From: Felis catus
Lineage: Eukaryota
Direction: 5' to 3'
NCBI RefSeq assembly: GCF_018350175.1
Contig: NC_058368.1
Location: 168,208,001 to 168,272,000 of the forward strand
DNA: 64,000 nucleotides
Under the pieces are notes generated by a model that was not told the origin of the DNA, searched no databases, and worked only from the letters and a program-made list of their open reading frames with translations. Positions within the stretch are counted from its first letter, which is position 1. Each line of letters starts with the position of its first letter. Below are positions 41,886 through 57,155 of this stretch, piece after piece. A program made the translations under genes and the position numbers.

Positions 41886-44800
41886 TAAATTAAAATTTAA
41901 ATTTAAAGAAACAAGTAAAAACTGAACTACTTATTGTTTAGGCACATATACATATGTAACAAAATGGGAAAAATTATTAACATAAAATTCAAGATAGTGG
42001 TTACTTCTGGTTACCTCTGAAGGGGAGTCAGAAATGAGAGAAAGGAGGAATACATGGGTGGTTGAAAGTTACTGGTAATATGCTATTCTTAGAGGAATAA
42101 GTTCTTGAGTAAATGTTAAATAATTTTTAGATAAATTGGCTTTTATAAGGAAATAAGAGCATGCATGGACTAATGATAGCATGCTATAAAACCAAAGATT
42201 ATGACTAGCAAAATTTTATACTGAAGTCCATTTTGAAAAACAACTGGAATTTCCTTATAGAAATTTACCTTTTACAAATGTTTCTTCCTAACAGTATTAA
42301 AATATTGGCAAACTCAAATCCATTTTGCAAATATTCAGACTGAAGGGCAGACTGGAGAAATGTTCTCAAAGAACCAAGACCCAAGCCAAAATTATTCTCC
42401 TCCTTTAATCAGAGTAATATTACCATATTGGTTTCAATTTGCAGTCCTTCAGAGGCTGTTCAGGGCAAACATGTTAGAAGTTATAATGCTATATACCTGA
42501 AATTTATATAATAAAAGAAAGTAAAAAAAAATGAGTCTAATTGTATTTAGATGTGTGATGTATCTGTATTAAGATTTTTTAAATTTCATAAAGCTTCAGA
42601 AATAGATACAGAATCTTAATTTATAACACATTTTACTTCAAAGAAAATAAATCAAATAAAAAAATTAAAATGCATCTTATTCAATGTCAACATAAAAACT
42701 CCTAAGTCAAACTACCTTAAGAAAACCCTAAACAAACATATTTATGATTATTTATGAGCAAAGTTTGTTTAAAAGCCAAATCAGAAATATCAGTAGTTAG
42801 CAGTACGCTCAAATACATTATTCTGAAATTTCTCAAGCATAAAATATATTTATTATTAACAGTAATCTAGAAGCTAAATATTAATTTAATATGAAGGTAA
42901 TACAACATAATGTATATCATGTTTTATATTTCTTTATAGATCTAAATGTACCAAAGAGGAAGATTTAGGTTACCTAATAATATCAAAAACAAACAAATGT
43001 AAGAGTTCATGCAAAGATGTAGAGCCAGACAAGTTATTAGATTAAAAATCATTTTTAAAAGGCAGAGGCACTAAGACTCTTTATTCTTCTTACTGGAAAA
43101 TCAACAATTTCTAATACATTCTTACTGGTAGAATTTGAGGACAAAATGACTTTTAATTGCTTATAAACTGAATGAAATTCAGCAGTATTTAAAATACCCA
43201 AAGTTGAGACAGTAAAGAACTAGTAAAGGTTAAATCTTGGCTATTAATATAAAGGAAAACACCATAAATGAAATTTTTAGAAATAGGTCTCAATTGTCAA
43301 TCTATCACCACAGCAAGCTAATGAAAGATAAAAATAGCATCCTTCTTCTAGACTTTAGTCATATGCATTAAACATGAAAGGGCATGGAAAAAAGAAACAT
43401 ACATAGAAAACCCCAACAAGATTCTCTTTAAATTTTCTTTTAATTGACTTGATTAGAAAGCATTATCTGAAGAGAAAATATAATAATAAGCACTTAAGGA
43501 GAAAGAATTAATTCAAACTCATTTGAAATGACTTAGATAAATTCCAAAATTATGCAACGAAGGGACCTACTACTATGTGACAAGCTTAGCACTATCCACT
43601 TTGTATTCACTGTCATAATCATACAAATGCTCTGCGTAAAGTTGTAATTCAATACTGAAAAGAAGAATTTGGTAACTTCTAAAGCCTGTTCTATACTGTA
43701 CTGAAACTTGCTTGTTTATTAGTACTTACCTCTACATATATGGTGTTAACAAAGTTAGTATGGGTAAGCTTTAATATTTAGAAGAGAATGACTTCTCTAA
43801 CTTCTAGACAATTAAAGTAAAAAATTTAAACACCCAAATTGCCCAAGAACTTGGAAGTAAAAATCTTCTGTACTACAGTTAAGCTTCCATTCCGACTTCT
43901 AATTCACTGTACATCAAAGAAAATCAACTTTCCCTGACACATAAGGACTATTCCCTTCAGTGATCAGGCAGGTGTTGAGGCCAGAAAGAGAGCCTATTTT
44001 CCACAGCCCTTTACCTTGTTTGATCACTGGTTACTTTTGATCTGACACTGCCCTCTCTCTAGTAATGACTTCCCCCTCATAGACCCTACCTCACATCTGT
44101 CAGAAAGAATAAAGGGCATCAAACTGAGACCTGACAACGCCTATGGGCCATGCGATGGGCTGCCAACTGAATGTTCCCCAGCTCCCACAATTTCCAATTC
44201 AGTTTCTTTTGTTCTGGTAGGTACAGGGTTAGGGTACCAATGACAGCAGAAAGGATTATGCAGCAACTGTGAAACCAAGCCTTCTTGAATGTGTATCTTT
44301 TATCTTTGCTTCTTCATCTTCTTAAATGCTGCAAACTTCATGGTGGTTACTATGAAATACATATTCAACAAGTGCAATAGAAAGTTTGTTTAAATCCTTT
44401 TCCAGGAGAAAATAAAGGACACAATGTATTGTAATTCAACTATAAAGCTTTAAGGAAAAAGTTTCAGGCCCATGGTGTGAGATTAGTAAAGGCAAGCTGT
44501 CAAAGAGCATGTTAATAGTAAATGAAACCACAGAAGTTTTACGGGAACCACTAACTTAGTGGGTATTGCCATACACCACCGAAAAAAGGAAAGGTCTCCT
44601 AAAACAATGCACATATCACAAAAGGTGATGATTTCAATTGTTAAATTACAGATTTTCAGACTAATTTGATGTGAGAATAAGCTTCTCTAGTCTTGTTTAA
44701 ATAATGTGCTAAGTTTATGTAAACTCTTTTTTAAAAAGGGCATTAATTAATAACCTAAATGCTAGAAATAAGAAAAATCTGGTCAAATATCACTTTGGAA

Positions 44801-45509
44801 TATTATTAATAATTTTTAAACTGTCATTAAAATATTGCATGAGTTCTTGAATATTTATCAATAAATCACCCTCTCAACACAGATGCACATTGATGGACAA
44901 CTCATTATCAGGCATGCACTAAAGGAATTTGTAGGAAGTAGGTTTGGGAGTCTTCTAAGGTCACTTTCAAGGTTAAGTCATTACCATTTTTGCTTAAGAA
45001 ACAGGACTTTTCTTACTTTAATAAGTAGGGTCAGAAGAAGGAAGTGCACTATCAATAAGACATGCAAACAAATCTAATGTACCTTTAATATATATAATGT
45101 ATTAAGACAAATGAATAATTAACCTTAGACATGTACAAATATAGAATCTCAAGAATGGGAGGTAAGCACTGAGGTGATTACAAGTTGGCTGTAATAACTG
45201 AAAGAAGTTACTTTCCACAACAGGTAAAGTAAGGTATGCTTTAATAGAAAGAAAAGGGAAAAGCACAAACATCTGAAGAATTAACCTGTGACACTAGGGA
45301 AATGCAGACAGTAGAATGAAAATGATTCACCACTGTGGAAAAGACTATATGGAAATACCTCCTAGTCTTACACTGATCCACAGTCAGCACAAGTACTTTA
45401 TCTTTAAAAAAAAAAACAAAACTGCTCTTGACTGTAATAAAAAAAAATTATAATATAAAGTACATTAAAAAATGTAACTGGTTTATATAGACTTTAATAT
45501 ATGAAAAAG

Positions 45510-45511
<2 letters not shown>

Positions 45512-45556
<45 letters not shown>
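45512..45556. repeat. (TA)n microsatellite
   Basis: Perfect TA run; source of the IYIYIY ORF. Confidence 0.98.
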
Positions 45557-45560
<4 letters not shown>

Positions 45561-48500
45561 AAAAGAGGATTCCTATATGTTTGGACTTACTTTACAGTCA
45601 AAAGCCATCTAGGTGTACTAGAAAGAAATATCACTTCCAGAATGAAAAAACACAATCCAAGGTTAAAATACAGTTGGTTGAACAAATACTTGCCCATTTT
45701 TTTCCTTAAGTCTTCCAAATGGCACTTACTCCTCCAAGAAAAGAAAGAAACAAATTGCATTGATTATTCTAGTCAGATGCCTATTTACGCTCCTTTCTGG
45801 GTATTCTTTCCCCAATTTTTGATTCTACAAAACCATTAGAACATTTTAAAGAACAAAAAGACAATAATATAAATGGAATCAATTTATGAAAGTAAGAACT
45901 ATGACTTTTACAGGAAGTATTTTTAAAAGAATACATGTCAGTGTCATTTCTGCACAGTATATTACCCTCAAAGCATGCAGTATCAGTGTTCTAACTAAAC
46001 TTAACACCAGATTTATTTGGTGCATTTAGCTAGTATCAAGCAACCAAGATATGCATCAAATATTACACTTTATCTATCTCTAATTGTAGCAACAAAATCA
46101 AACTCATCTAAACAAACTCATCCACAGAAACAACTTGGTAACTTTCATCTCCTGAACATCCAAGTGATTAAAGTTTGACAAAAGAAAAAAAAAAAAAACA
46201 CAATTCTTAGCAGTCTTGGAGAGATTTTTGTTACAGTTGTCAGAAAGCAGGAAAAAATGCATTGGTGGAAGCACTAAAGTCAAATATTCTCAACAAGATG
46301 TAAATCAAGAAATGCCATTTACAATAAAAAGATTTTAAAGACACAAGTTCAACGTTCACTTTTAAGAAATCATTTCCTAAAAACTACTTAATTCTTGAAG
46401 AGGGTAGACTTCTCTGGGGTTTCACTTCCTCAAGCTGTCACTGCCATTCTTCTGGTATAAACATTAATGAAGAACCAGTTGACACTGCTGGAGAATAAAG
46501 CTTATTTCACCAATTCAGTTGTTAATAAAAATTTATGTACCACAAGCTAGGCTATGTGTACATACCAAAGTATAAATAATCATCTTTAAAGTTACTGACA
46601 TGTGTTTCATTGAAAATGTTAATTTTTAATAGCTTTCCTTCCTGTCACAAAAGTAATTTTTCCAGAACTAAATCAAAAAGACTTGAGTATAAAATGTCTC
46701 ATCTTCATTAACAGTCATTTTCAAAAACTTTACAATTTTTACATAGAAGATCTTTAATTTTTAAGAACTTCTAATATCTATTTAAATAGCCAAAACACTG
46801 ACAGATGTAGTCTGATACTTAACTACATGTTTTAAAAAAGACATTATCATCCCCATTTACAAAGAGCTTACATGACTAAACTGAAACCTTGAAACCTACA
46901 ACAAGGTATCAATGGATTAATAAAAAATTATAAAGTACAGGAAAAGCTGATAGTATATGGGAAAGTAATAAATGTGGAATTCCTAAAGAAAATTTGACAA
47001 AAAATATTTAGCTGAGCTTGAAGGTATTGAACAAATATTAGAAGCAAGATGATAGCAGAAAAAGAAGAGTAAATGAACAAGTTGAGAATATAATGAGAAT
47101 AGAGACTAGTAACTAGAGAAACCTGTGAAGGAAGCCATTACAGATTTTCTGAAATGATAAATAGTATTTTATCAAGAGCATTCCTGGGTTGTGGATGTGA
47201 AAAACAAAAGGTCAATCTACGGAAATGTCTTAGGTCATGACGCAATTCAGTGGTATACCTTTCACGCTGTTTTCCATTAAGCTCTTCATTCGTAAGCCTA
47301 AAACAACTTTAATTTATGGAATGTATATTAGATTATGTAATAGAACTGCCTACAATTATATATAATGAGAAAAATATTTATTAATATATCAGCGGTAGAG
47401 GGGTATGTACATGTGTGTACAAAACTATGTCCTGCAACAACTTAAAACATATGACATAGCAAGCTATTCAAATTACATGCCAATATTTAAAGTTAACATC
47501 AACTTAGTGAAAAATCATAGAAATACATTTTGACTCCCCATTCAGAGAATCTACAAATCAAAACTTAACCTAATTCTATCATGTTCTCTGATGAGTCAAA
47601 ATGAAGGGCTAGCATAACATCATGCAAACAATTTTACAATCTGTAGGTATTCAGATAGGCATTTTAAGAACACTGAATATAAATAAATACCTTCCTCTTT
47701 ATGTTTACAAAGACATATTCAAAAAGAAAAAAATAAAAGATTTACTCATCGCCCAAATGTAGTTCAACTAGAAGGACTCTGATTTATAACTATTTTTCTT
47801 TGAATTACATATTCTTAATGTATCCATGTATATATCATCTTAGAGTGAATGATAAACACCTAGATTTTACGCTTAAATCAGAAAGTCAGTCCCATAAAAC
47901 CTGGCAACAGACACTATAAATTTTCTACCCCAAGAACTCTTCTGAAGTAATCCACTTCTATTATATTTTAGAAACCAAAAATAGTGAAGTACAGTAACTA
48001 CTAAAGAAAAATACCATGTTGATCTTTTCTGCGACCTAAATTTGATATGGCTACATAAATAAGATGCAATAAGAGAGTTTAAAAAGTGAGTAAATATCAA
48101 AATAGTACAGACTTCATCTGGCTTTTCAAGTTCTCAACTACTAAAAACCAGAAGACACAGTCCAAGGCAAAGAATTTACTCCAACACTCTCAGGACAACC
48201 CATCCTTCCACCCAGGAGGCAACTCCATGTTTAGACTTTTATCAAAAACTTCAAGAAAGACAACAAAGGAAGACAATCTACGCAATATAAATAAGCAAAG
48301 TATGTAACAGAAATAGGAACAGTACTCACCACACAAGTTACCTAGACAGAAGCACAACCTGTACACCTTTTACCTGAAGAAGAATCAGTGGTGAAAGCCC
48401 AAGTAGCATAACACTTTCATGGAAACTTATCTTTTTGATAACAGCTGTAAGAAAATGCTAGGAAAGATGCATCCTGTCACCTGGTAGCCAGACTCAACTA

Positions 48501-49554
48501 ATGATATTCAGAAGGGCAAACCTAAAAAAACAAAACAAAAACACTAATTCTTTTCCCCTTAAGCTTAACAACTAAAATAATAAATGGGATTAAGTCTTGG
48601 ATATCCTAAGACCCTAGCACCTCATTACTGTGGAAAAAGAAACACATAAGGCAAAACTTCTCCCTAGATCCAAGCAATACATCTTACTTGGTGACTGACA
48701 GTCTAGAAAGGTAGCTGAAGACTATGTGCTCATAAATGACAGAATTAATGTACTCCCAGCATCCCAATGCCATCCAACACTATAAAATTTCTATTTGCTA
48801 AGTCTGATGACTAGGCTCTTTATCTCAATCCAATATCTCCTGTTACCAACACTTGAGCACAAAGCCCTAGACAGCACTTTCACACTTATAGCTGAGAGAT
48901 AATTTGAATTGCTCCAAATCTTTCTGATTTTTTAAAATATGCAGTGCCAAAAGAAAAGTAAACAAAAATTACATCTTTAAAGAAAAAGCAAGATCTAAAG
49001 TATAAAATATATAAGTGAAATAACATCAGCAAAAGAACCGCAATACTAGAAATAACCTACCAACTATAAATTTTAAACCAAAACAAGTTGGATATTTTTA
49101 GCAATCTAGAATATCACCCAAAAAAAATTTTTTTAAGAATATGTAAATACCACTTGGAGTCTCCTATTTTTAACCATAATAAATTCTGCATTGTCAACAC
49201 TGGGTATCTGTATTGGAGTTCTTAATAATAGGCTAGCTTCCTCCTGAGATGCTTTTTGCATTTGAGCATCTCCTATCATCAGTCCTAAGTCCCAAGTTTG
49301 TGAACTAATTTTAATACTACTAAACTAATACAATTAGGCAAGTAAATATGCTGGGTAAAAAAAATTACTAAATTCCAAAGAAAAATTATTTAGTTATTAT
49401 CCAAGTCACTGCCTGTCTCTGTGTCACACTGGTACATAGGAGAAGAAAACACACTCACACACACACACACACTTTATGGTTTTTTATACTTTCCAAATGA
49501 CATAATACAATTCATTTATGTTCTTACCAAAATACCTGATAAAGATACCCAAAG

Positions 49555-49680
49555 AAGTACACTTATCATGATGGCACTGGATAATGTACTGAATTGTTGA
49601 ATCACTATATCATACACCTGAAAACCAATATAACATTGTATGCCAACTACAGTGGAATTAAAACAAAACTTAATAGAAAT
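49555..49680 (+). mobile_element. Short carnivore L1 3'-end fragment
   Basis: catgatggcactggataatgta...ttgttgaatcactatatcatacacctgaaa...ataacattgtatgccaactac. Confidence 0.7.
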
Positions 49681-50160
49681 TCCTTTAATTTTTAGAAAGA
49701 GAAAAAAATAATTTTTTAAAAAAGCATAAAAAAGGATATCCACACGAGAAAGATACCAATAGATTAAAAAGACACAGGATAAGTTTTAGCAAAGAATATA
49801 TAATGAGTTCATTATATTCTTCAGATTGAAAAATATACCAAATAATCTTTTAACTTTGGTTTTCAAGTTATTTGGATGCCAAATAACTTTTGCTTTTAAT
49901 TAAAATTGGTCCTTCAAATACCATTGAGAAAATAAAACCAATTTTATTAACAATAAGGATACACAAGTCCATATAATTCTGACAAGAATACAAATCATAT
50001 TCTAGTTGTTGCTCAAAACTGCATGTTGTTAAAAATCCACCATCCTAGAAAATACCTCTTGAGTACTTAATGACAATGGCTGGATAAATTTGATACACAA
50101 AGAGTGACATCATTAATACAGTAACTAGATCAAAGAAATTTACTTATTTGAAAAGTCAGA

Positions 50161-50284
50161 GGAGGCTGGGTGGCTCATTTGGTTAAGAATCTGACTGTTG
50201 GTTTTGGCTAGGGTCATGATCCCGCAGTTCATGAGATCGAATTCCACATCAGGCTCTGTGCTGACAGTGTGGACCCTGCTTGGG

Positions 50285-50328
<44 letters not shown>

Positions 50329-50362
50329 TCTCTCAAAATAAATAAACATGAAAAAAGATTTT
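50161..50362 (+). mobile_element. CanSINE (older)
   Basis: Head, long (CT)n; TSD aaaagtcaga. Confidence 0.88.
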
Positions 50363-50480
50363 AAAAAGTCAGAAAACTACTGACTGTGAATCTGTAAGCT
50401 ATTTTTCAAGCTTTTATTTACATACGTAAATCTATCTTCTTTTTAAAGTACATCGCCAAAATACTTGAAAAAATACATTT

Positions 50481-50679
50481 TAAAGTTTATTTATTTATTT
50501 TTGAGAGAGAGCATGAGCAGGGGAAGGGCAGAGAGAGACTCTCAAGCAGGCTCATGGGGCTCAAATCCACGAACCGCAAGATAACGACCTGAGCCAAAAT
50601 CAAGAGACAGACACTTAACTGAAAGTGAAGTTTCAGTTAACTTCAGTTAACTTAACTGACTGAGCCACCCAGGCACCCC
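50481..50679 (-). mobile_element. CanSINE with internal deletion and fold-back duplication
   Basis: Reverse-complement head ending aggcacccc; TSD tg(a/g)aaaaatacattttaaa. Confidence 0.85.
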
Positions 50680-50869
50680 TGGAAAAATACATTTTAAAAG
50701 CATGTTCAATTCAGTAGGAACCCATTTGTCACTAAGCCAACACTTACTGAATGTCTATTACGTGCACAATGAGGGGTGATGGATAAAAGAATAAGTAGAT
50801 ACTCCCTGCCCTCAAAAGAGTTCATAATCCATCAGCAAGATAAACCTGCAAAGCATGATTTTAATTACT

Positions 50870-51605
50870 CCTGAAGAGCAATTTGGCATGATCTAGTAAA
50901 AATTGGAAAATCTACATTTCTTAGCTCCCTATAATTACATTTCTAGGTACAGACCCTAGAGAAATTCTTATACATAAGCGCAGGAGACTTACATAAGGAT
51001 TTTATTGCAACAATACCTGTAACAGTAAAACACTGGAAGCAATACAAGAGTCCTTCAGTAAGGAATGGATAAACAAGATATACATATCTATATAGAACAC
51101 TAAGAGTTACAAAGAATGAATTACATATTATCACTAGATCTCAAAAACAACTTAAAAAAGTAAAAATGCCACACTATATAAAATGTATGTTAGCTAACTT
51201 GACAGTACATTATATTTTAAAAAACTAAAAAATAAGTAAGTTTAAAAGTAAAAATGCAAATTGTTGGCTGATAATTTGTAAGAACAGATATTTAACAATA
51301 CAATATCAGATATAAACTATATGTGACTACAAACTAAACAATACTATATCATTCATGGTACCAATTATGTCTATTAAAGTTTTTTTTTTTTAAAGCATTT
51401 TAGGTCATCATAGTAGTTGTCTCTAGGAGACAGTGGGAATGACATGGGGTATAAGACAACAGAGGCTCAAAGTTTATTTATTTTATTAACTCAAAAAAGA
51501 AGCAAATTGAACAAAATGTTTAACAACTGTCAATGTCTAGATGATGGGCATATAGATGTTATTACTTTTTATTATTCTATATTTTTCAATTTCTCAAAAT
51601 AAAAA
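50870..51605 (+). mobile_element. Old L1ME-type 3' fragments
   Basis: ttctaggtacagaccctagagaaattctt, tttattgcaacaat, ggaatggataaac motifs. Confidence 0.6.
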
Positions 51606-52609
51606 AATAATACAAGACCTCAAAACCTGATCACATTTCACATTTGCTGAAACCCCATGCTATAGTCCCTATTACCTAGAGACATACAAATTCCTTTAGC
51701 ATGATGTTCAAAAGTCTCATCCTGATCCCTATCCTCCTTTACAAACCCAAATATCAACACTTCACCCACCACCCTGCCTGTAAAACTAATCTTACTTTAA
51801 CACCCAACACATATTAAACATTCCACATATTTTCCCAGTGCCTTGTCTTTGTTAGTGCTGTCTCTCACAAATGCAAATACCCCAACAAAAATGTTTACCT
51901 GCATCATAATATCACAGCACTATATATCATTCAAGACTCAGTTCAACTGTCACCTACTACTTATAGTACAATTTACAAACTACTTTTGTCATTGGTATTT
52001 CCACAGCACTTAGAACTAGACAGGAATCTCCTCCCTTTAGCAATAAAACTTAATTTCTCAACACTTCTCACAGAGCCTGGCACACGCTAGTCAAATATTA
52101 AATGAACCGAATGAACATCTGAAACAATATTAAGGAATAGAGTAGAAGGTAATCAGTTCATTGACTTATTCAAATTTCTATTAAATCTACTGGACAAAAA
52201 TAAAATGGTATTTAGCTTCTGAATCCAAATTTCACAAAAAACTAAAATAAAATACTATGCTTTTGCAAAGTAAAAAAATTTTGCATAAATAGTGCAATTC
52301 TATTAAAGTTAACTATGATCATATTCATACAGGATTAAGATGAAAATTAAATGCCATCCTGAAACGCCTTTATTCTTTGATAAGTTTACTAATTTTCTAG
52401 AAAAGATTTCAATATGTCTCCATTGGTACTTCCCCTGAAATCAGTTATCATCCTAGCAAAAAGATCTTCTGCTCATGATAATAAATAATTTCTTTCTTTG
52501 ATGTCTCAAAGTACCTGTCAGCAAGTGTTTTAAAGGGGGAAAATGTCTTTTAGAAATTACTGTATGGTTAAAAGGCAAATAGATTATTAGCTCCATCTGT
52601 GATGTATCC

Positions 52610-52810
52610 ATGAAAGGGCTTGAGGACAAAGGTTTGGGATTCTAACAGATCTGGGTTAGAACCTTAACCCTGACACCTGTTTGTCGTCACTTAACCTCTC
52701 TAGGTCTCAATTTCCTCATCTGTAAAATAGAATAAAAATAAACTACCTCATATGATGGTTTTGAGGACTACTTATGTAAAACTGCACACTGCCTGGCACA
52801 TTATAAATAC
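52610..52810 (+). mobile_element. MIR
   Basis: cacttaacctctctaggtctcaatttcctcatctgtaaaatagaataa MIR core. Confidence 0.78.
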
Positions 52811-55800
52811 AAAAAGAAAAACCTAACTATCAAATATTTTTAAATATCAACAAGTGACAGCAAAATCCTGAAATGTAGCATTCAATAATAAGATAAAGCC
52901 CAGTATCTTTAGGTCACCTATTTTAGAGTGCCACATTCATGCACCGTGTCTACTGGAAAGTAAGTACCACTCTGGATGTAAGTAAATGCCTCATCCATTA
53001 AGAGGGGAAAGGACAATGAAGGCAAGTATCTACTGTAAGAGACCTGGAAGTTGAAATGAGTATTTTGAAAAGGGAATCCCTCACAAATATAAATTATTTA
53101 AGTCTGGGATTATAAGTAAACTTGTTTCACAAGGAGTATTTCAAAAAATAAGATATAAGAAATGTAGTGGGGTGTTGGGGGTAAAAGGGGAACCAAATCC
53201 CTTAATATATTAACTCTAAGTTGAAAAGCAAAGAGTCAGGAAACGCAAGCCTTAATATAAATGCTGAATTAGCTACTGCTATTTAAATTCTGACGAAAAT
53301 GTTTACCTCACATACTCCAGTTGATGATAACATGGTTACCAGTGTATTCACTTAGCTGCTGCAACAACCTCAAATCACAGCAAGCAGCAATCAGGAATTA
53401 AACTGTGAATAGGTGTGAAATCAGAATATAGTAGATGATAGCCTTAATTCAAATTGGTAGATTCCAGAAAGTAAACTCTGGAAGGAAGAGGAAGTAAAGT
53501 AAACTTTACAGAAGACTTCCTATTTTGGGGACCATAAAACACATTTGCTACTTTACCTCTTAATCTCATTTAATCTCTTTAATACTCATAAGAACACATC
53601 TGAGGTAGCATTATATCCTTTATGCAAACAAAGAAATGAAAGTACAAAAATTAAGGTAACTAACCCAAGTCACATGACTGAGAAACCTTAGGATCAAGGT
53701 ATGAACTGAGTTTAGTTCAACTCAAATAGGGCATTTGCCTCAATCACCCCTTGAAATGCTTCCAGGCTACAAGAAGGCGGTCTGAAGAGGTGAATTTAGA
53801 TCTACTTCATACATGTAAGCCTCCAAAAAATTATAAAATGAAAAAATAAAAACATTATCAAAAAATTATGGTAGCAGTCAAAGAACTCTATGCCATATAA
53901 TTATAAAACTAATAAAATAATAATTCACCAGGAGATTGAAAAAAAAATAAAAGTTCACAATTAACTCTCAGGACATCAAGTTTTAACCACGAAACATTTA
54001 TCACTTCCCTAAAACTTTCTAAAATCTATTCATAATACATTACTACTCTCTTGGTAATTGAGACACCCTATACTAGATCACAACCCAACTCTATAGAATA
54101 GAAGGTGTTAAAAAAATAGACCAAATAAACACAACACATATAGATCTAAATAAAATATACTGACCCTAGGACTTCACATAGAAGCTATTTTCTAAATAAA
54201 TTATAAAATCTTAGTACTTTAAAGCATCAGGTTGGATGACAATTGACAGATAATCCATCTGATCTTGTCACAACTAAGTAACAAGCTGCCCAAAGAACTT
54301 CTCTGTCCAAAGAGTAAAGAAGAGGAATCTGGAGCAACAAGAGTAAAGAAGCAGAGAGAATACATTTAAAGAGGTGTCTAGATCATCAATAACTGTACAT
54401 TTAAGTAAGTATGGATTAAAAAATAACTCTGTAGCCAGTACTGCACAGAAGAGATACAAAAGCTATCACTAGAAGAAGGGAGATAGTTGTATACAATATG
54501 CTAGAACCTCACTATAGTTGCATTCCTCAAATCTATTTCTAAAATCTATACCACAGTTTTATACCAAATACAAAACATGTCATATAGGAGCATGGGATCT
54601 GTATCACTCAAAAAGAAGTAAAACAGAAATCTCTTTTGAGTAAAATTTTACATGGAAGTCCTCAATTCTTTGCCTCACCATAACTCACTGAGTCTTAAAA
54701 TCTAAAGTCATTGTCCTCATTTTCCACTGGAATAAAACTCGCTCTGATAAACACAGGAATCAGTCCCACAAATAAGAATGTTCAAATATCTTTCTACTTT
54801 GTGTAAAATAGCAAGTTCATCTTTTAACTTCTAAATATAACTAATATTTCAAATTATTTTAAGAAATTTTCCCATTAAAATCACCTAAAGAACAAAAATT
54901 GAAAACAAACCATAATACCTGCAGAAACTATGTATAAGCATTCTACCTTTATAGTTACATCAAGGACACAAAAGCGATGTCACTGAAATATACAAAGACA
55001 ATGCTGCCATCTAAAGGCCAAGATACAATATGAAAAAAAATGTATACTCAAATACTGCCAATATATAAAAACAATTTGATATTTTAAAGGCAGCAAAGTT
55101 TACACGTTTAAAGAAACACTATGCTATGACTATTTTTAGACTATAAACAAAATTCTAATACTCTTTTGAGAAGATTCAATTTAATAAGAGAATTAGCAAA
55201 ACAATTTCATTAATGATCGGTATCTGCACAGGTCAAATTCTGTTGGCATCGTTTCAGACACAGCATTCTCCTAAATATCTCTATTAGTTGTTAACTTACA
55301 AAATCTGTCTTATTTAGTGATGTTTAGTGATATTTCCTACCTGTAATTACATATGGAGTATAAATATTTTTATAAATATATACTGTATAAAAATATAAAA
55401 GTATATAAATATAATTTGCCTTTAGCCAGACTGCTATTATTTCTACTCACCCCATTTAAAATACTTCTTGTTAAAAGACTAATAATAACAGTTCTCAGAG
55501 TGAGAAAACCTGAACTACTTAAAATTATAGCTTTGAAAGGATTCAAATATTTCTCATTGTTTCATAAATTCTAAAACAACAAGGTGTAGCTCCTATGGGA
55601 GGATAGATAATAATTCAACTGTCCAGTATGAAGAGCTCAAATGATTCTAAGATTCCTTTTCTAGAACTTTAAATTGAAGGAACTTTATTGAACCGAACTT
55701 TAAGATTTAGCAAAATTAGTTCAAATTTCCAATGAAATCAAATGTTTACTGAATAGCACGACATACAAAATTGATTTCCTTATCATTTAAGTATATCATC

Positions 55801-56119
55801 TTTTTAATGAACCACAATAATAAGGAAAAACAAATGTAAATGTAAGTAGAAACTTCAGAACATATACAATTAGTTCCTCTGGGGAACCACGGACTAAAAA
55901 TGTTAATGTGTTAAGAAAAATGTTTCTCTGTGTTTACTCAACAAGGAAACAAATATTAATCACCCAACAAACATCCCCAATATGTGAAGAATATAAAAAT
56001 CTCAAGTTGGGTTTACCATCCTTTCATTTCTCTTGAATGTAAAGTGGAAACCAACAGACAACAAATACAGACAGGATTTCATAAAAATTACTAGTTTTAG
56101 TGTCTCTTATGGGTCAGAG

Positions 56120-56300
56120 TTTGTACTAGACAACGTAAGGACATTATGCCATTTAATCCTCAGAGCTACAACCTGCAAGAAAACAGGTATTAGTAACCCT
56201 GTCTGCAGAAGAGGTTCATAGAGCAATTTCCCTAGAATCACAAGTGATTGTACACCAGGTTTAAAAAATTCACCCTCTCTGACCCAGAAAACTTTATTCA
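56120..56300 (-). mobile_element. MIR
   Basis: catttaatcctcagagctacaacctgcaag...aggtattagtaaccctgtctgcagaagagg antisense core. Confidence 0.6.
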
Positions 56301-56799
56301 TTCTATAAGATCATACTGCTTTAAGAGAGATTATTAAACTTGTAATAAATGTAAAGAGAAATGTGGAGGATTTTTACTATATAATTTCACAGGAAAATAT
56401 AATTCTATGTGGTGATAAAAGCATTTCCTTTTAACTTATAGTGTTTTGATTTTTCTAACTGGAATCTTGTTTTAAAGTACATTATCTCATTTGAAGTGCT
56501 GATGGTTCTAGAGATCTTTTAAAACTTACACTAATTTATGAGACACATTTATCAAATACTGTAAACTAATCCCGAGAAGCAACAAAAAGATCCCTTTATT
56601 TGGGGAATACAATTAAGAGCAGGTCTCCTTTGAAAATATGCAACATATTCAGTACCACCTTGCCTACATTTTAATGTACACGATTTCTCAACCTTGAGAA
56701 ATCTACTAGTACCTCCCTAATGATAACCTGTTCTGTTAACTTTTACTAAGCACCCATCAAATCAAAATTTTAAAGGTTTGGAGTATTATTCAACCACTA

Positions 56800-57155
56800 A
56801 AAAAACTGAAGCTCTGATATTTGCTACTACATGAATGAACCTTGAAAACATTATGCTATGTCCAAGAAGCCAAATACAATATACCACATACTGTGTGATT
56901 CCATTTGTATAAAATGCCTACAACAGGCAAATCCACAGAGACATAAAGTAGATTACCAGGTGCCAGGGGCTGGAGGAAGGGGGAAATGGAGAGTGACAAC
57001 TAATTAGCAGACTTTCTTTGGGGGTAATGAAACTGTTCTAGAATTAGTGATGATGACTACACAACTTTGTGAATATACTAAAAACCATTAAGTCACAATA
57101 CTTTCAAAGAGTAAATTTTATGGCAGGTGAATTACATCTCAATAAAAGAAAATAA
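56800..57155 (+). mobile_element. L1MB/ME 3'UTR fragment
   Basis: atgaatgaaccttgaaaacattatgcta...attacatctcaataaaag. Confidence 0.85.
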
